Shown: positions 24,953-36,924 of the stretch, piece by piece
Layout of the letters: the number at the start of each line of letters is the position of its first letter
Numbering within the stretch: the first letter of the stretch is position 1
Source of the DNA: Rhodosorus marinus CCMP1338
Taxonomy: Eukaryota > Plantae > Rhodophyta
Assembly (NCBI GenBank): GCA_029953675.1
Contig: JAMWBK010000008.1
Span: 620,001 to 684,000 of the forward strand
Reading direction: 5' to 3'
DNA: 64,000 nucleotides
Program-made: the position numbers and the translations under genes
Notes under the pieces: model-generated
Told to the model about the DNA's origin: nothing
The model's input: only the letters and a program-made list of their open reading frames with translations
The model's database searches: none

Positions 24953-25190
24953 CGTCATCACAATTATCAATCTATTCAAAAGATTAACCAGTTAAATATA
25001 TATTAAATTAAATACAATATACTTATATTGACTGAATTATTAGCGACGCTTAAATATTAAGCCTCTACTTTTGCGTCATCATACTTATCAATCTATTGAA
25101 AAGATTAACCACTTAAATATATATTAAATTTAATATATTATATTTATATTGACTGAATTATTGGTGACGGTTAAATGTTAATACTCTACT
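24953..25190. repeat. AT-rich tandem duplication, two copies, 121-bp period
   Basis: cgtcatca..ttatcaatctatt.aaaagattaacca.ttaaatatatattaaatt..tatattgactgaattatt.g.gacg.ttaaat.ttaa..ctctact at 24953-25069 and 25074-25190. Confidence 0.92.
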
Positions 25191-26856
25191 CATTTTTTTC
25201 GGGGGGGGGGCGGGGGGTTGGTGTACTCTATCCGCTGATTTTGGAAGGATTAAACGGGTATTTTTGTATTTTGTATTAATTTAGTTGGATTAACCCAATG
25301 GGGGAGGCTTCTAGAAGTGGGATGATTCTTTGACGAATGAAGTTAAGAATGTTGCTATTTGATAGGTGGTGCATGGCCAATGGAAGGGAAGATATTTGAT
25401 TGAAAAATGAAAACAAATTTTTGGGGGGATGGGAGGGTAAGTTTTCATAGCTTTTTATGTGATGAGTTTTTTTTGCATTAAAAACGGACGTTGTGTCTTG
25501 GAAAAAAATTGACCCTACCCTTTGTCAGCTAGGGGTGCTTATTGTTTGATGGTGGATTGCGACCACTAGTAAAAAAAAAAGGGCTTGGGATATGTTATCC
25601 TATTATGATAATTTTATGAGAGATGTGTGTTCTTTATTTTTTTGTAACGGGGGGAGGATTATGGCGTTGGGTATGTTCTCCTTGAGGGGTTTCGAAAGGT
25701 CCGGTTGGATGGCTGGTGGTCTCCACCGCATTCATTTCAATTGTATCAATGATTGCGGCAGTTCCTGTTGTTGGATGATGCAAATGGATGCATGCCGGCG
25801 GTCTTACTCCTCACTTCGCAAGGATAACGAGGATGTTCCTATTGTATACGTGCGAGCTTTTGCTCGTTACGGAGTCCTTTCATCCTGGATTAAGGGCTGT
25901 TGCTCTCGTGCAGGCAGAGATAAAAGTTTATAGACCCGAAATGCTTGGGAGTGCTTATGGGACAATATTTGAGGTTCTTAATGGTTGATGTTCCGGTTGT
26001 GGGTTTCCAGGAACTCTTTCCGCGCATATCGAGGTGTTTAGCATTTGGTATTGGCAGCCACCATGATTTTTCCGTCAGTAGCTACCGCCAGCAGTCGAGC
26101 TTAACAACGAAAATAGCATCTAAGCTATTAACAGGTCGGACACTCTTGCATACCGTAATATGGCATTGCGAGGAGATGCGCCAGAAAAAATCATCGAACG
26201 TGGAGCGCGAGTCCAGGAGTATCGCCTTCTCCTAACGGAGCCCCTCCTTCCCGGTTCCCCCTAAACCCCCAAAAAGGGAGAAAATAGTAACTCTACTAAA
26301 AACGAGCTTAGGAACCCATCCTCAAGTTGTAAAATCGGTGATTTGATCCCCCTGGCAGTAGCAATACTCGTACAGTACCACCCCCCTCCCCGGGGATTTC
26401 GATCGAAAAACGAACGATTTCGGTGATGGACCCGACTCGTCCAAACTATTTTAGAAAAATGAGTAGAACTTACATCGAAGGTAGACGACTGCCCTTTGAG
26501 ATTTTTCCCGTCAAATTTGTACGCCCTGGTTACAATTTTTCATGATCATCTACAAAACTCAATTTCAAGTTTCAAGACGATGTAATATTATTCTTCCGAA
26601 TAATCGTGGACCGTGGAAGCGGTTAAAATTGTACTAAACTTCACTACTCGTAGTCAAAAACTTCCAAGAATTATGTTTTGAGGATATCGTTTTTGGGGTC
26701 TGTTTTAATGGGGTTTTTCTGTAGGGCGAATTTCTGAATTTGGCAAGAAGCGTCAAGGTCTCGTAGTCGCTCCGTAGAGCTGATGTTGTAGCAAAGTTCC
26801 CTCGTCAACTTTTCATTCTTAGAACTTTCTTTTAGGAAGCTGTGTCGTCCTTCACT

Positions 26857-26979
26857 TTTGCCAGTGGGTTGTTCACGTGATTTTAACAACGTGAAACCCT
26901 CTTCGAGATAGCGTTCAGTCCATTTTCGTTTGCTAGTGGGTTGTTCACGTGGTCTTTCCCACGTGAAACCCTCTTTGAG
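26857..26979. repeat. 72-bp-period tandem repeat; each unit carries TTCACGT-N10-ACGTGAA
   Basis: tttgc(c/t)agtgggttgttcacgtg-N-acgtgaaaccctctt(c/t)gag at 26857-26907 and 26929-26979; partial third unit (gctagtgg) near 27000. Confidence 0.88.
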
Positions 26980-27113
26980 GAAACAGTGCCGCCCTTTCAG
27001 CTAGTGGATTCTTAGGTTTTGTATGGAGCGTCAGGGTAGTTTGGACTGATTGAGCTCGAAGCGAATGGAGAGGTTAGATTCTTGGTAGTTAAATCAAATC
27101 TGTTTCAACAGCT

Positions 27114-27368
27114 TTACTTGTTTCTGGGAAACGGAACGCCATAGAGAGCTCCATGCAAACTGTACAGGCGAATCGGATCCGCAGAGGCCAGTTGCTCGCG
27201 ATAACCATTACACGGTACGGCTGACCTAATCTCCCCAAAGCTCTCTCTGTCACCCGCAATCAGCATCTTCAGTAGTTGTATGCTCGGCCTTGATTTTTGA
27301 GGGGTACTGGACTGTTCGGAAGTCGCGTCCACACTATCCTCGATCGGCAAATGCTTCCAGCTGGCCAT
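27114..27368 (-). CDS. Candidate small orphan gene (84 aa)
   Basis: accATGgcc start context and TATAAATA on the minus strand at 27472-27479; no family recognised. Confidence 0.3.
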   Translation of the reverse strand: MASWKHLPIEDSVDATSEQSSTPQKSRPSIQLLKMLIAGDRESFGEIRSAVPCNGYREQLASADPIRLYSLHGALYGVPFPRNK

Positions 27369-30300
27369 GGTTCTCTTTTAAGTCTCTAAAGGCAATCACT
27401 CACTTCGTCACTATCTAGTCCTGAGCAGCGTTCAACCACGACTCCACTGACTCATGTCGTATAGCTGCTGCTATTTATACCTGAAGAGGAGTCATGTACG
27501 TCACCCTCTTCCTGACTCGCTCTCCCCAACACCAAGTTGCTGTGGCGAATGGCCATCTGTGAGCTCGTGATAGAGTCGGAGGAATCTATTCATAAAACTA
27601 GAGAGAAATGAAATACCCCTTTCCGATCAAATTACATTGACAGTCGAAACCGCCAAAAAAATCAATCGCCACTAGATTTACCGACCACAAATACGAAGAC
27701 ATTCTTGTTGGGGGGACGTGCATCCTTCTTCCTCTTCTCACATCGCAACCAAGACCTCGAAATGCGCTAAATGATCGTCTGACGTCGCTCTAATCATCCG
27801 TACGAGTTTCTTCTTCTCACACGGGCTTTCTACTCCTTTGTCTTTCCTTCCCAGCAAATGAGCGAAAAGCGATTCGAGAGAAATCTCTCCAGCTGGGCAC
27901 CTGCCGTTTCCTCTTGTAAAATATATAAAATACATTTGCTTTCATCACTCAGGAGCTTACATGGACTGGGCCCTCTTTGTCTATTTTAGAGTAATTTTTA
28001 CGTGGATGGTTGGAGCGAAGTCAGCCGACCGCTTATAGCGTTGCGAGGTCTTGGGTGGGATGCAAGGCGACGGAGGAGGAAGAACGTATGAGGGCAAGAA
28101 CATCTACGCATAAGAATCGCCTCTCCAGAGGCCCTCTCCAGGGAAGAGATTCACAGGAAACACATCATTTTCACACATGTTGGGAAGACGCGGAAACGCA
28201 ACTTTTCCTCCATGGCCAAAAATGGACATGTTCCCGCGGGAGGCATTTGAAAAATGTACGCGTTGCAGCTTGTTCGTTCTCCCTATCCTACAATAAAGGA
28301 GGTGTTTGCTTTAGAGCACGATGAGACAGTCTAGCTCTCGCTCGGTGACCAACTGACACTGCTGCAAAGGGCTCGTACTTTCTAGAGTAACACCGGATGT
28401 TTGAGGGGCAGTAGTTTCAATGCCAATGAATCCTACAGGATGGTTCACGCCGAGGTTGACAGTAAGGTTCTCCGTGTCCTAATCAGCAATGGCATTGATG
28501 GAACAAGCCAACGGCTGCTGAAAAATGATAATCTCTATGGCGCTGTTTAAGATTCGGAGAGCAAGGGTTTAGCAAAAACCCACGTATTCAACTTTCGCGT
28601 CCGAAGACAATCTTTTCGTTCTGGATAAAAGTTGCCGAACGTTAAGATCCTTCCAAACTACCAACTATCCGCGAGTTGTGGGTCCGTCTCACCTCACATC
28701 CGCAGAAACGAAACTCAACCCGAAGGTCAACTGCGCACAGTGGGTGGTAGTTGAAGTTATGCCAGTAGGGCCCAAACATTCAGAGGTAACCAGGGAGGGT
28801 TGGGTGATATCTTCTAGGGCAATCCTGATAAACCCAGTTCGTGCGGGCCTGCTAGTGGACTCTGCACCTATGGCGATGCGCCTAAACGGCATCAACATAT
28901 CCTACAGAGACGTCAGTTTCGAATTCGACGTGCACTATGTCTAGAGAGAGGTTTTCGTTGAGTTGTTGCGCACAAACGGCCAAGTTTCGAAAACAATCTT
29001 TTTTTTTACATAATCTTGTATAGTCGAACTACTAGGTAATAAAAATTTTACATCCAAGACTCCGAGAGAGTCTTGCTCAGACCAAATGCAACCGTTTCAC
29101 TAAAAATTGCTGTTTCTTGCCAAGAACATCTGTCTGAAGTATCGCTCAGGTCCACGATTCTTGCTTGTCCTATGTTGGTTGATCCACACACTGCTCCTAT
29201 CAACGTCCATACCATGTCTTCTGCTGTCCCACCAGGCACAGTCACTATCACAGCTCGAACAGGATGGTCTGATGTTTTCCGAGAACTCCGTCTCCAGCTC
29301 CGAAGCACTTGTGCGATGCAAATCCATCTGTTGCCCTCGATTGGTGTTACTTCTGTTCAAATATCCAGCTGTTTCTGTTCTCCTTCTTGTTCCCCTCTCT
29401 TTCTTATCTAGCCTCCTTCACATCATTCAATGTCCAGGCAACACAAGTGGACCAATCTTTATATATACCTCCAAATCGGTTATCGAAACATCTTGAAACC
29501 CTCCTAAAATCAACTTTCCCACAAATCCTCAATTTTGCCATTAAATTACATCACTCAAGTTGAAGGTCTGTTCCAAACTGAATAGAAAAATACGAAAAAA
29601 ACAACAACAGAATCCAATCCGCGCACTCCATTTATTTTTTTTCTATCATTCAGAGTCACGTCCAATGGAGTAATTTTTCTTCGATTATTTAATCACATCA
29701 CTCACCCTGACGTGTGCCGAATCCCAAGTGAGTAATCATATCTCAACTTTCACTAATTATATTTAAAATACCTGTTTTCCACTGCCAAAGGGAAATCACC
29801 TTCTGACCAATCAGGAGAGTTCTTTTTTTTTCATGGGGAGATTGAGACTATTTTTACTTTGCTGCACCTCCCTCCTAAGCAGAACTATTTATACAAAAAA
29901 GAAAACGCTGTTTTTGCAAGTGTTTTGGAGGTTTTCTTGTCGTGATGAGTAACGAGGTTGTGGTAAACGGACCATAAATCTATTTTTGCCTACGACCGAT
30001 GAGGGTAGGGTTTTTGGAGTTTCCAAAAGAGATGGATTGTTCATGGTTAGTGAAGGCAGGAATAAAAGAAAATTCGACCTAGTTAGGGAGGGTGGAGTAG
30101 TTCACCAGCGAACGTGTTTGCTGTTTCTGCTGGCTTTGTAGATGGAAAACGTTAGCTCGGATTCTATTCTTGGAGGGGGGTAAGCCATATGAGGCCTTGC
30201 TGAGCTTGCTTGAAAACTATGGTACGAGAGGAGTTGATTGGGGTTCCAAGTTGATGCCATCTGGAGCAAATCACCAGACGTAAAATTAGTGCTTGCTCTT

Positions 30301-31825
30301 TTCTGTCCTCTGTCCAGTCTCCGTAGACTCCAACAAGTTGAGGCGCTAAAATAGTGCTCTCTATCTTCAGTCCTCCGTCCGTGGACTGTGATAAGTGGAC
30401 TCCAAAATTTTGAAGGAGAAGGTACATGTGTCTCACTAAAGACCAGCCAAATTAGTATTTCCGGAGTAGTGCTCATTTTAACCCTAGCCAACGGGTTACA
30501 CTTTAGAAACTGGTGTTCATGGATTCAAGTCTTGCCCTGTTCATGACCGGAGAATTCAGAACGTTGAGACATGTGAATAGCGAAATGGAGGCCTCAGCTT
30601 CCTCGTACCAGAACGATGAACTAAAGAATTGAGCTAAATCATACTATTTGAATCGTGGACACATCGTCGGTGCCTATGAGGGCGAGGGCTCACGTCCGTT
30701 TTGGAAATACAAGTTTGCCCATATCCGTAGTTGGAGGTTCGCTTACGCTTTGCAAACCGAGACACTGCACCCTCCTCAATCCAGCAATCTTGCTCGAGAG
30801 CACGAACAAGGGAGGCATCCCATGAGAACACGTTTCCATCCTCCGCTGCACATCCCGGCGACTGCAGCTCTCGCGTTTTTCACACATGGGAATCACGTTG
30901 TAGGAGAGGGAGACCTTGGAACGAGCAGGGAAAGGAGCCCTGACACAGCGGAAGATCCATCAGCCGCCAAGGTGAAATCTTCCATTTAACACCATTCATA
31001 CATCAAGAACCAGTTTATCTGAACTTTGTCAACGAAAAAGGCTGGCACTTCGAAAGCGTTGAAGCGTGGGGGACAGGAACCGCTCCGCTTCAGGATTCTC
31101 ACGGTCTCTGCTTCAATGGACATTCGCTAACCCAGCTCGGGAGCACACACGGATCCAACACCTAAAAGACACGTGTCCTAAACAGTAATAACAAATAATA
31201 TTTGGACTAGTGTTGTTATTAGCAAATCATCCTCGATGATTTGCCAACCTGGCAGAATATTACTATTATTTCTACCTTTTGCCGTGGAGTATGTTGGGCG
31301 CTTGTGGACGTCGTGCCTTGTTGTTGAGACGTCGCCGTAAACCTGGTGTTTCAGTTGTGCGGTGCGGAGGTATTTGGATTGAGGAGGAGTGGGCTAGCGT
31401 TTTGGCTTCTAAAAGGTAAGATCTGTCCGTTGAATGCGTTCTTATTGGTTGTTCCTGTACAAGTATCTCTGTCTCCGTCCGTTCCTTAAAGCTGTTGGGG
31501 ATGAACCAGACAACCTCCGAGCTTGGTATGTCTAGACTTTGCGCAGTGAAGGAGACGGGCGGAGGAGCAGCATGAAAGTTTGAAGATGATGAAATTATCA
31601 ATAGACAAGCATATATCTGAAACTCGCTTTTTTAGTGCGACGTGTGATCACCATTGCTACTGATTCTACCTTTCACGTTGAAAAACGAGTTCCAAAAGTT
31701 CTCGGACTGTTTTGTGCTGCTCTCGGTTGACGATCTTCCGAAGTCGTAACCTAATAGAACTTTTTCCTGTGCACTTTTCACGTTTCCGGGTCAGCTTCTT
31801 CACAGACTGCTTTGAGGCTCCGATC

Positions 31826-32065
31826 ATGGAGGGCGAAAAGATGGGACAGCTTATGACCATGGTTGAGAGCCAGAATCAGCTCAACATGATGGCTGAAGTG
31901 CTCGAAACCATTGCTCTTCGATGTTTTGAGAAGTGCATTTACAGCCCTGGAAAGGAAATGACGTCAAAGGAGAAAGATTGCTCTATGAAGTGCATGGACC
32001 GATTCGTTGAGACCATGAACATCGTCAGCGACACACTCCGCTCGAGGTCAAACCAGCTTCCATGA
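31826..32065 (+). CDS. Mitochondrial intermembrane-space small Tim chaperone (twin CX3C, most like Tim13), single exon
   Basis: CFEKC..PG..MTSKEKDCSMKCMDRFVETMNIVS; 79 aa. Confidence 0.9.
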   Translation: MEGEKMGQLMTMVESQNQLNMMAEVLETIALRCFEKCIYSPGKEMTSKEKDCSMKCMDRFVETMNIVSDTLRSRSNQLP

Positions 32066-32223
32066 AAACTTGTCAAGCGCGACCCGTCGTACATTTTTAA
32101 AGCTCTGCTTCTAGAGCCCTTGTAACTGTTCAACATTAAAGTATTTCATGTACATACTAGAATAAAAACAAAAAACGAACGTGATTGATGGCTCTCGACG
32201 CAAGTACTCATACGCCGCACTGT

Positions 32224-33203
32224 TTAGCCGCGTAGGAGCGGATGCAGTCTACTTATGGAGACATTCCGCTGAATAGGAATCGCTCCGAATGTAGTGCCCG
32301 GTAAATGGAGGTTCCACGTCGGTAAAACGTCAGAAGTAGCCGCAGTAAGAACAACGCAGTTGCATGTCCTCTTTGCACACGCCCCAAGATCTTTGCCCTT
32401 CACACATTCACAGCAAGGGCAGGACAGTTTTCCCTCTTCTTCGTAGAAGAAACGCACTTCTACTCTTCTGAGGTTTAGACCGTCCTCTGAGCACCTGTAA
32501 ACGGCGGGAAACCCCGAATCAGCAGATGAAAGCGAATCATGCATGCTTTCGGGAAGACTGGTAAGCTCACCTGTCGGGGGCGTTCAACTCCGGTTTGCAA
32601 ACGAACAAACCGCTATTGCTGTCCACGACGTTCCACTGCATTCTCAGCAACACTCCAGATGCTTGGGATATCGACAACTTGTCGTGAGCAATCACGCCAA
32701 TGGAGATCGTGCAACAGACACCAGAATCAACACGTCCATGGCTGATGCAATCGCCCATCACCCAAAATACCAGGTTCGAAGACCGGTACACCTGAACAAC
32801 ATCTTCGAGCACTTCCAATTCCCGATTTGCGTGAGCTTTGACTAGTGACTGAGTACAAAAGAAGAAACCGAGCACGCTAAGGAGAGAAACGGCTATGTAC
32901 ACGGACCAAGTCGTGGCCGTCCATGACCATCGTTTCCTAATCTTTGCTTGCTTCGATTGTTCTGCAGACGTCCGGACTTGGTCTGCGCCATCCTCATCAA
33001 GTCTTGCATCGCGCAATTCTGCCCTTCGCCGACGCATAATCTGTTTCAAAGCAAGAATCGGAGAAGCATTTGTGCGAGCATGCCAAAAATGGATTCCCGT
33101 TAGTACCCGTCCTCTTCACCACTGACTAGGTAGGTCAACTTTCTCACGATCTGGGAGATGCATGAGGGAGAGGGTCATGACAACAGAAACAGACCTGCGT
33201 CAT
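32224..33203 (-). CDS. Uncharacterised type II membrane protein with a Cys-rich C-terminal domain, probably 3 exons
   Basis: Basic N-terminus, TM VYIAVSLLSVLGFFF; intron gtgagc...tttacag joins APDR|CSEDG; putative short first exon MTQ (start uncertain). Confidence 0.55.
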
Positions 33204-35419
33204 CGGTTTATCCGAACCCGACTCTTGCTGGTTTCTGACAGAGGAACTTGGATCTGCGCAGGTTGCATACAAACCTTCTTTCGAGTTGATCAGCCTTTTT
33301 CCGAGGGAGGACGTGAAGAGATGAGACGCTGATTCTTCAAACAGAGGAGGAGATAATGTCGGGAATTATCTGATTGGTTTGATACAGACCATGTGCCCGC
33401 GTATGATCTGGGATTTGCGGTTCCTCAACAGGGGGATTGAGAGTATAGATATCCCCTGGTGGTCTCATACATCGAAAGCGCATCCGCTCGGCAGCTGGAG
33501 CAGGTTTATCCCTCTGGCCCCCTGGCTTTCCGAACACCGGACGTATACAACTGGGATGAGGGGCGATGCAGACTGAAATGAGACAGAGGCTAGAACTCCC
33601 GATCCCGGATTGCGGAAGACAGCGTACTGTACTACGTGTACTACATACGAGAAGTGTACTAGTGATGCACCTGCTAGACTTTCACAGGGCTAGGACGGCG
33701 ACTTGACAGGACTTGCACACAGGGCTCGCACTGTACCACTAGCACATTGGAACATCTGCTGTCGTCACTGGGAGCGGAAATAGCAGCCTTGTTGAGTGCT
33801 TTGATGGTATAAGATAGAATCAACTCCATACCCACAGAATCGATTCATCACATGGCTAGAAAACACAACGCAGTTTATGGACACGTGCCAGATTATAATT
33901 AGTTTAATTGAACAGCTCTCGTGTCGCTTTACTTTCATTTGAAGACCCCTATCCTCGCAGAGTTCTAGTGCGTACCTAAGTTCATAATTATTCTAGATAC
34001 ATTAAAATATCATGTTGACAAGAGAAAAGGGGTAGCCTGAGAAATTGAGAATTGAGAAGTTACATATATATATATTAGCCTTACTTTTTTAATGCATTTG
34101 GCAAGCGGGCAAATAAATTAATGCGAAACTACTACAATTTGCTTGGTTTTGTTTAATTTCGGAATATCTTGTATCTTAAGAAACAGAGGAAGCGAAGATA
34201 TGCACTTGCACAAAACCAGCATCAAATATTTATTGGTTTCAAGTAAGATCCAATTAACGCTTCCAGGTGGAGGGGGGGGGGTGGAAAAGCGCGGCTGAAT
34301 TTGACACGGGTAGCGAATACAAGTTGACGCAGATGCTGGCCGCCCCGACGTGTGGTTCACGTAGAGTCCTTCCGAGGCTTGGGACGAAGTGGAGTTCGAA
34401 ATTGACTGAAAAATAAAAAGAAGCAAAACTTATATCCAAAAACATAGAATCGTCAACAAATATTGAATATCGCTTTGTAGAAGATTGAATAATTGATTTT
34501 ATTTACTAATTATACGATAGCATAGGACAACAGAGTTCGTTTTCTGTAGTTATCCTCAGCTACTGATATTATATTGATTGAAATGTCGTTTCCAACATAC
34601 TGGGACAACAGTGCACCATAGAATTGAGCCTGTAACCCTTCCCCCCCCCCTCCTTGATCACTTATTTTGACTTCAAGCTTCCCTGTATATACATCCGTAA
34701 ATGTCATCCGTCAAAAGAGGATATACTAGCGTTAAGTCCTTTGAGGATACTAATTCTTAAGACTCATATTAATTTCCCGTTAAAAAAAGGAAGACCCCAA
34801 AAACCACTGCTTCTTTTAACACACACATATATATATAGAATTTCATATATTTTAGACGTAAATTGAACTTTCACGCTTCCGAACCCGTAAACGTATATCC
34901 TCTGAGTATTTGCATAGAGCCCTTAAAAACACGGCCAAAATCATCGTCATGATTTATTCAGACCAAGAATAAAGGATATGTCTCATAGAAGACTTTACCC
35001 CAATCATAATTGAGTTAAATTTTGTTTTGACATACTACTGTTAAATTATTTCTTTGTTTTTGCTTTGGACCTCGGATGCCGTCATAAGAATTTTCTTTGA
35101 AAAATGATGGGTTTTTTGCAAAAGTTTTGTCCCGCGGGTCGGAAACCCCAATTTCTGGTAATTTTTGCATAGAAAATGATGTGGAGAGAAAAATATCGTC
35201 TATTTTCTTTAGCATTTTGATTGTTGAATGTTTGGACTCGGAGGTCTATAAGGGGTTTTAGATTTGCAAGTATTGGGGAAGATGGTGGGAAAAGGAGAGC
35301 GGAGGAATGGTCAGAAGGATGAGAGATATCAGGACAAGGCTTGAGTAGTGTTTGAAATCGAGGATCCTTTGATTCATTGATGATATTGTTGGGAGTTAAG
35401 AAATTGGAGTTGAAACATC

Positions 35420-36924
35420 ATGGGATCCCTGCTAAACGTGAACCGATACGAGCAGGAGTTCTTGAAGAACAAATCGAATGCGGTGGAGTTGACCACCAGG
35501 GGCCGAGCAGATACTTACTTTGCGAGGTTTAAGGAAGATTCTGAGGAGCTACGAAATCAAAGAATCGCGGTGACCGATAAAGGAGCTGGCAAGGATTTGG
35601 TTCAGGAGTATTATTCTATATCAACGGACCTGTACGAGTATGGCTGGGGAGAATCTTTTCACTTTGGAATACTTTGGGCAGACAGTAGCTTTGAGGATGC
35701 TATTCGAAGGTTCGTTCGTACACTGTTCTTGAGCCTTTGTGATTTCATGTTTTTGGCTAACTGGATGCGCTGCGAAAAGTAGGTATGAGTACTTCTTGGC
35801 ACTTAAGATGAAGCTGAACAAGGACGATGTGGTTCTTGACCTCGGATGTGGAGTAGGAGGACCGATGAGGAATATTGCTAGATTTTCTGGAGCGAAGATC
35901 ATTGGTGAGCGCGTCGGCGTTGGAAGTCTACACGCCTCCGCGCGGGGTTGGCAAACTCCTTGTGCTCGCTGCAGAAAGATTACAATGCTGAAAGAAAAAC
36001 GCGTTTTCCGTACGGTTTTTTGTGCTATTGTCAACAGGAGTCAACATTAGCGAGTATCAGGTTTATAGGACAAACTTGTTGAACGGAGAAGCTGGATTGA
36101 TGAACCAATGTAGGGCCGTAACCGGTGACTTCACCAAGCTTGAGTTTGATGACTCAAGCGTGGATGGGGCATATGCCATAGAGGCGACGTGTCACACCAA
36201 TGACAAGGACTCTGTCTACTCTGAGGCTTTTAGAGTCTTGAAACCTGGCGCATATTTTTCGGCGTAAGTATCCCGTCGCGAATTCTCGGGCTTGAGCTCC
36301 TATTCATCGACGTAGAATAGAATAGAGTTCGAGATGTCCTTGCTGAACCAGAGATTACAACTTGATGAAAACTATAGGTGGGAGTGGGTGACGACTGATA
36401 AGTACGATGCGAATGATCCGGAGCACCAGCGTGTTCGATTTAATCTCGAGAAAGGGAATGGACTCCCGGAGACTGCGCCATGGCATGAGGTGATCGCCTC
36501 GTTGAAGCGATGTGGATTTGAGGTGATCGAATATTTTGATGGGTGTGAACAAGGGGAGCTCCCCTGGTGGAACTCTCTAAACTCCGGATGGAGCTTGAGA
36601 GGGTTTTCTCGAACATGGTTTGGAATAAGGTTCACAGGAGCATTGCTATGGGCCCTGGAGAAGGTTGGGATGGTGTCCCCGGGGATGTACGAGGCGCAAA
36701 ATAATCTTCAGTGTGGAGCTGACATGTTGGTTCTTGGTGGCAAAATGGGTATTTGTAAGTTTCGTGTCAATTGTAAAACGTGCTCGGGGAGTACTTTACA
36801 GACGTTGAACTGGAAGAGCTGACCTTGAATTTTTTGTGTTCTGTTCCTCACTTTGCAATTGCCTGTAGACTCGCCCATGTTCTTCTTTCTGGCCAGGAAA
36901 CCAACCACTGCGGACGGGTCGTGA
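35420..36924 (+). CDS. SMT1: Sterol C24-methyltransferase (SMT1/ERG6 type), 5 exons
   Basis: YEYGWGESFHF, VLDLGCGVGGP, YAIEATCH, VLKPGA, EKGNGLP and C-terminal SPMFFFLARKP motifs; four frame-consistent introns. Confidence 0.95.

Noticed and set aside
29055-29075. 8-bp hairpin caagactc-N5-gagtcttg
   Set aside because: A stem of this length is expected by chance in 64 kb.
30102-31601. Several 65-130 aa ORFs
   Set aside because: No family signature; they overlap in conflicting frames and strands.
34260-34410. Possible structured ncRNA or tRNA-like segment (gagttcgaa)
   Set aside because: No cloverleaf, no A/B-box pair, and no snRNA, SRP or snoRNA signature; stems are 5 bp or shorter.
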